Source of the DNA: an uncultured archaeon
GTDB taxonomy: Archaea; Asgardarchaeota; Thorarchaeia; Thorarchaeales; Thorarchaeaceae
Length of the DNA stretch: 36,909 nucleotides
Direction of reading: 5' to 3'
Assembly (NCBI GenBank): GCA_964564335.1
Contig: CAZMBV010000003.1
Span: forward strand, 1,953 to 38,861
This document shows positions 35,843 through 36,909 of the stretch, piece after piece. The translations under genes and the position numbers were made by a program. The notes beneath the pieces were generated by a model, which worked only from the letters and a program-made list of their open reading frames with translations, searched no databases and had not been told where the DNA came from. The stretch's first letter is position 1. Each line of letters opens with the position of its first letter.

Positions 35843-36109
35843 TTATTTCAATTGCGAAACAATCCCTATCAATTCTTCCTCGCTGAATAAAGATCGCAGC
35901 TTTACATTCTGAAGTATTCGATTCCAGTTACTCCAACCATGCTCCTTTGCTAGAATCAAGTATTTCAATGTGTAATTAGCATCTTCGATTGCGCCATACG
36001 CTCTAGCGGTCAGAATGTAAGACCAATCTAGGGCATCACCAAGGAGAACCCAACCATCCAAGAAATCTGATTGCTCATCAACTACTTTTCGGAGTTTTTC
36101 GTGTCCCAT
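35843..36109 (-). pseudogene. TPR-protein remnant (one partial TPR + TPR-terminal-like helix)
   Basis: RKVVDEQSDFLDGWVLLGDALD parallels RKVLEEQPDYWDGWLHLGDVLE in the neighbouring TPR gene (50/65 nt identity). C-terminal LAKEHGW..KLRSL. Confidence 0.45.
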
Positions 36110-36110
36110 G

Positions 36111-36329
36111 TTACTTGGAATCACTAATTCGTCTACCAGCAGTTAGAATTGCTACAGCAATTGCTGACAATCCTGCTATTATGGATACTACTGCATACCC
36201 AATTGAAGGATTTGCATACGAATATCCAAGAGAAGGAATAGCAAATAGCATTGCAACGACAATCAATATTATTGTACACCGTTCTCCAGAATCTGCAGAA
36301 CTAATATCAGGTATCTCTTCAGGGTCCAC
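36111..36329 (-). CDS. Small hypothetical 2-TM protein
   Basis: Acidic N-terminus, two hydrophobic helices and a basic tail. Likely GTG start at 36329 after GGTGG. Confidence 0.5.
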   Translation of the reverse strand: MDPEEIPDISSADSGERCTIILIVVAMLFAIPSLGYSYANPSIGYAVVSIIAGLSAIAVAILTAGRRISDSK

Positions 36330-36420
36330 TGTCCTAACCACCAAGCAGTTCAATAATTCAAGTGTTTTTATTCTTGTCGTAAAATTTCCTCAGCCTTAGA
36401 ATTAATTCTGTGAATACAAA

Positions 36421-36909
36421 TTATTTATCAGCTTTCTGACGTGCCTCTTGTGCTTCATCAGTGTGTCCGAGTTTCTCTAAGACATCACCAAGATGAAGCC
36501 AACCATCCCAATAATCAGGTTGCTCTTCTAACACTTTGCGAATTGCTGTTTCAGCTTCATCATATTGCTCTTGTTTGAAGTATGTTTGTGAAAGGTAGTA
36601 GTAGGTGTTAATGTCATCAGGGTAAAGACGTTGGGCTTCCAAGTATGCCTGTTCAGCATCGGCTAATTTTCCTAATTCATAATAGCAATATCCAAGATCT
36701 TGCCAAGTGGATGGATTGTCTGATACGATATCAATCGCTTTCTTGTATGCAGGAATTGCATCTTCGAACTTTTTCTGCTGACTTAGTACAGCGCCTAATT
36801 TGATCCAAGCCTGTTGGCTATCTGGACCTTTCTCAGTAGCGATTCTAAATGTTCTCTCAGCATTATCCCAAATCCTAAGATTGAGGTAAATCAATCCTAG
36901 GTCGCATAT
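36421..36909 (-). CDS. Tetratricopeptide repeat protein (5' end probably beyond window)
   Basis: About four 34-aa repeats (AWIKLG.., TWQDLG.., TYYYLS.., GWLHLG..). The frame is open to the window edge. Confidence 0.9.
   Translation of the reverse strand: MCDLGLIYLNLRIWDNAERTFRIATEKGPDSQQAWIKLGAVLSQQKKFEDAIPAYKKAIDIVSDNPSTWQDLGYCYYELGKLADAEQAYLEAQRLYPDDINTYYYLSQTYFKQEQYDEAETAIRKVLEEQPDYWDGWLHLGDVLEKLGHTDEAQEARQKADK

Noticed and set aside
221-36399. Numerous 60-180 aa antisense or alternate-frame ORFs in the track (e.g. 24121-24666, 6452-6865, 36115-36399)
   Set aside because: They are shadows of well-supported genes and carry no motifs.
1-36909. CRISPR arrays, tRNA/rRNA, IS elements, selenocysteine read-through
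   Set aside because: No periodic repeats, RNA-gene signatures or transposase motifs were seen by eye. All expected Cys positions in the redox proteins are ordinary Cys codons within open frames.

Overview
AT-rich (~40% GC by eye) archaeal-looking window. GGAGG/GAGGTGA ribosome-binding sites, archaeal-type HTH and membrane families and a CxxxY CcmE suggest an Asgard-like origin such as Thorarchaeia; this is inference only. Bases 1-24,640 form one co-directional (+) energy-metabolism region. It contains: the C-terminus of a secreted protein with a His-bearing membrane domain; three paralogous pairs of a GlcD/VAO-family flavoprotein and a 2x[4Fe-4S]+2xCCG protein; a PDS/ZDS/HpnE-like FAD desaturase; an exported, membrane-anchored CX4CH protein with a DUF2231-like neighbour; ccmABCDE (ccmD is missing from the ORF track, and there is no ccmF); and a nuoA-B-CD-H-I-J-K-L-M-N-ordered complex. 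All three flavoproteins lack the 2-hydroxyacid dehydrogenase metal-binding motifs, and two carry membrane anchors. The CD subunit has intact [NiFe] motifs, making the complex a complex-I-like group 4 hydrogenase, and several central-axis lysines in its antiporter subunits are replaced, two by acidic residues. The rest of the window holds an iron-sulfur flavoprotein, MutS1, a small HTH regulon with a duplicated 48-bp palindrome/TATA element and a decayed target gene, a DrrAB-like ABC exporter, an Fe-S aldo/keto reductase, an MFS transporter and TPR genes or fragments. No rRNA, tRNA, CRISPR array or transposase was seen.
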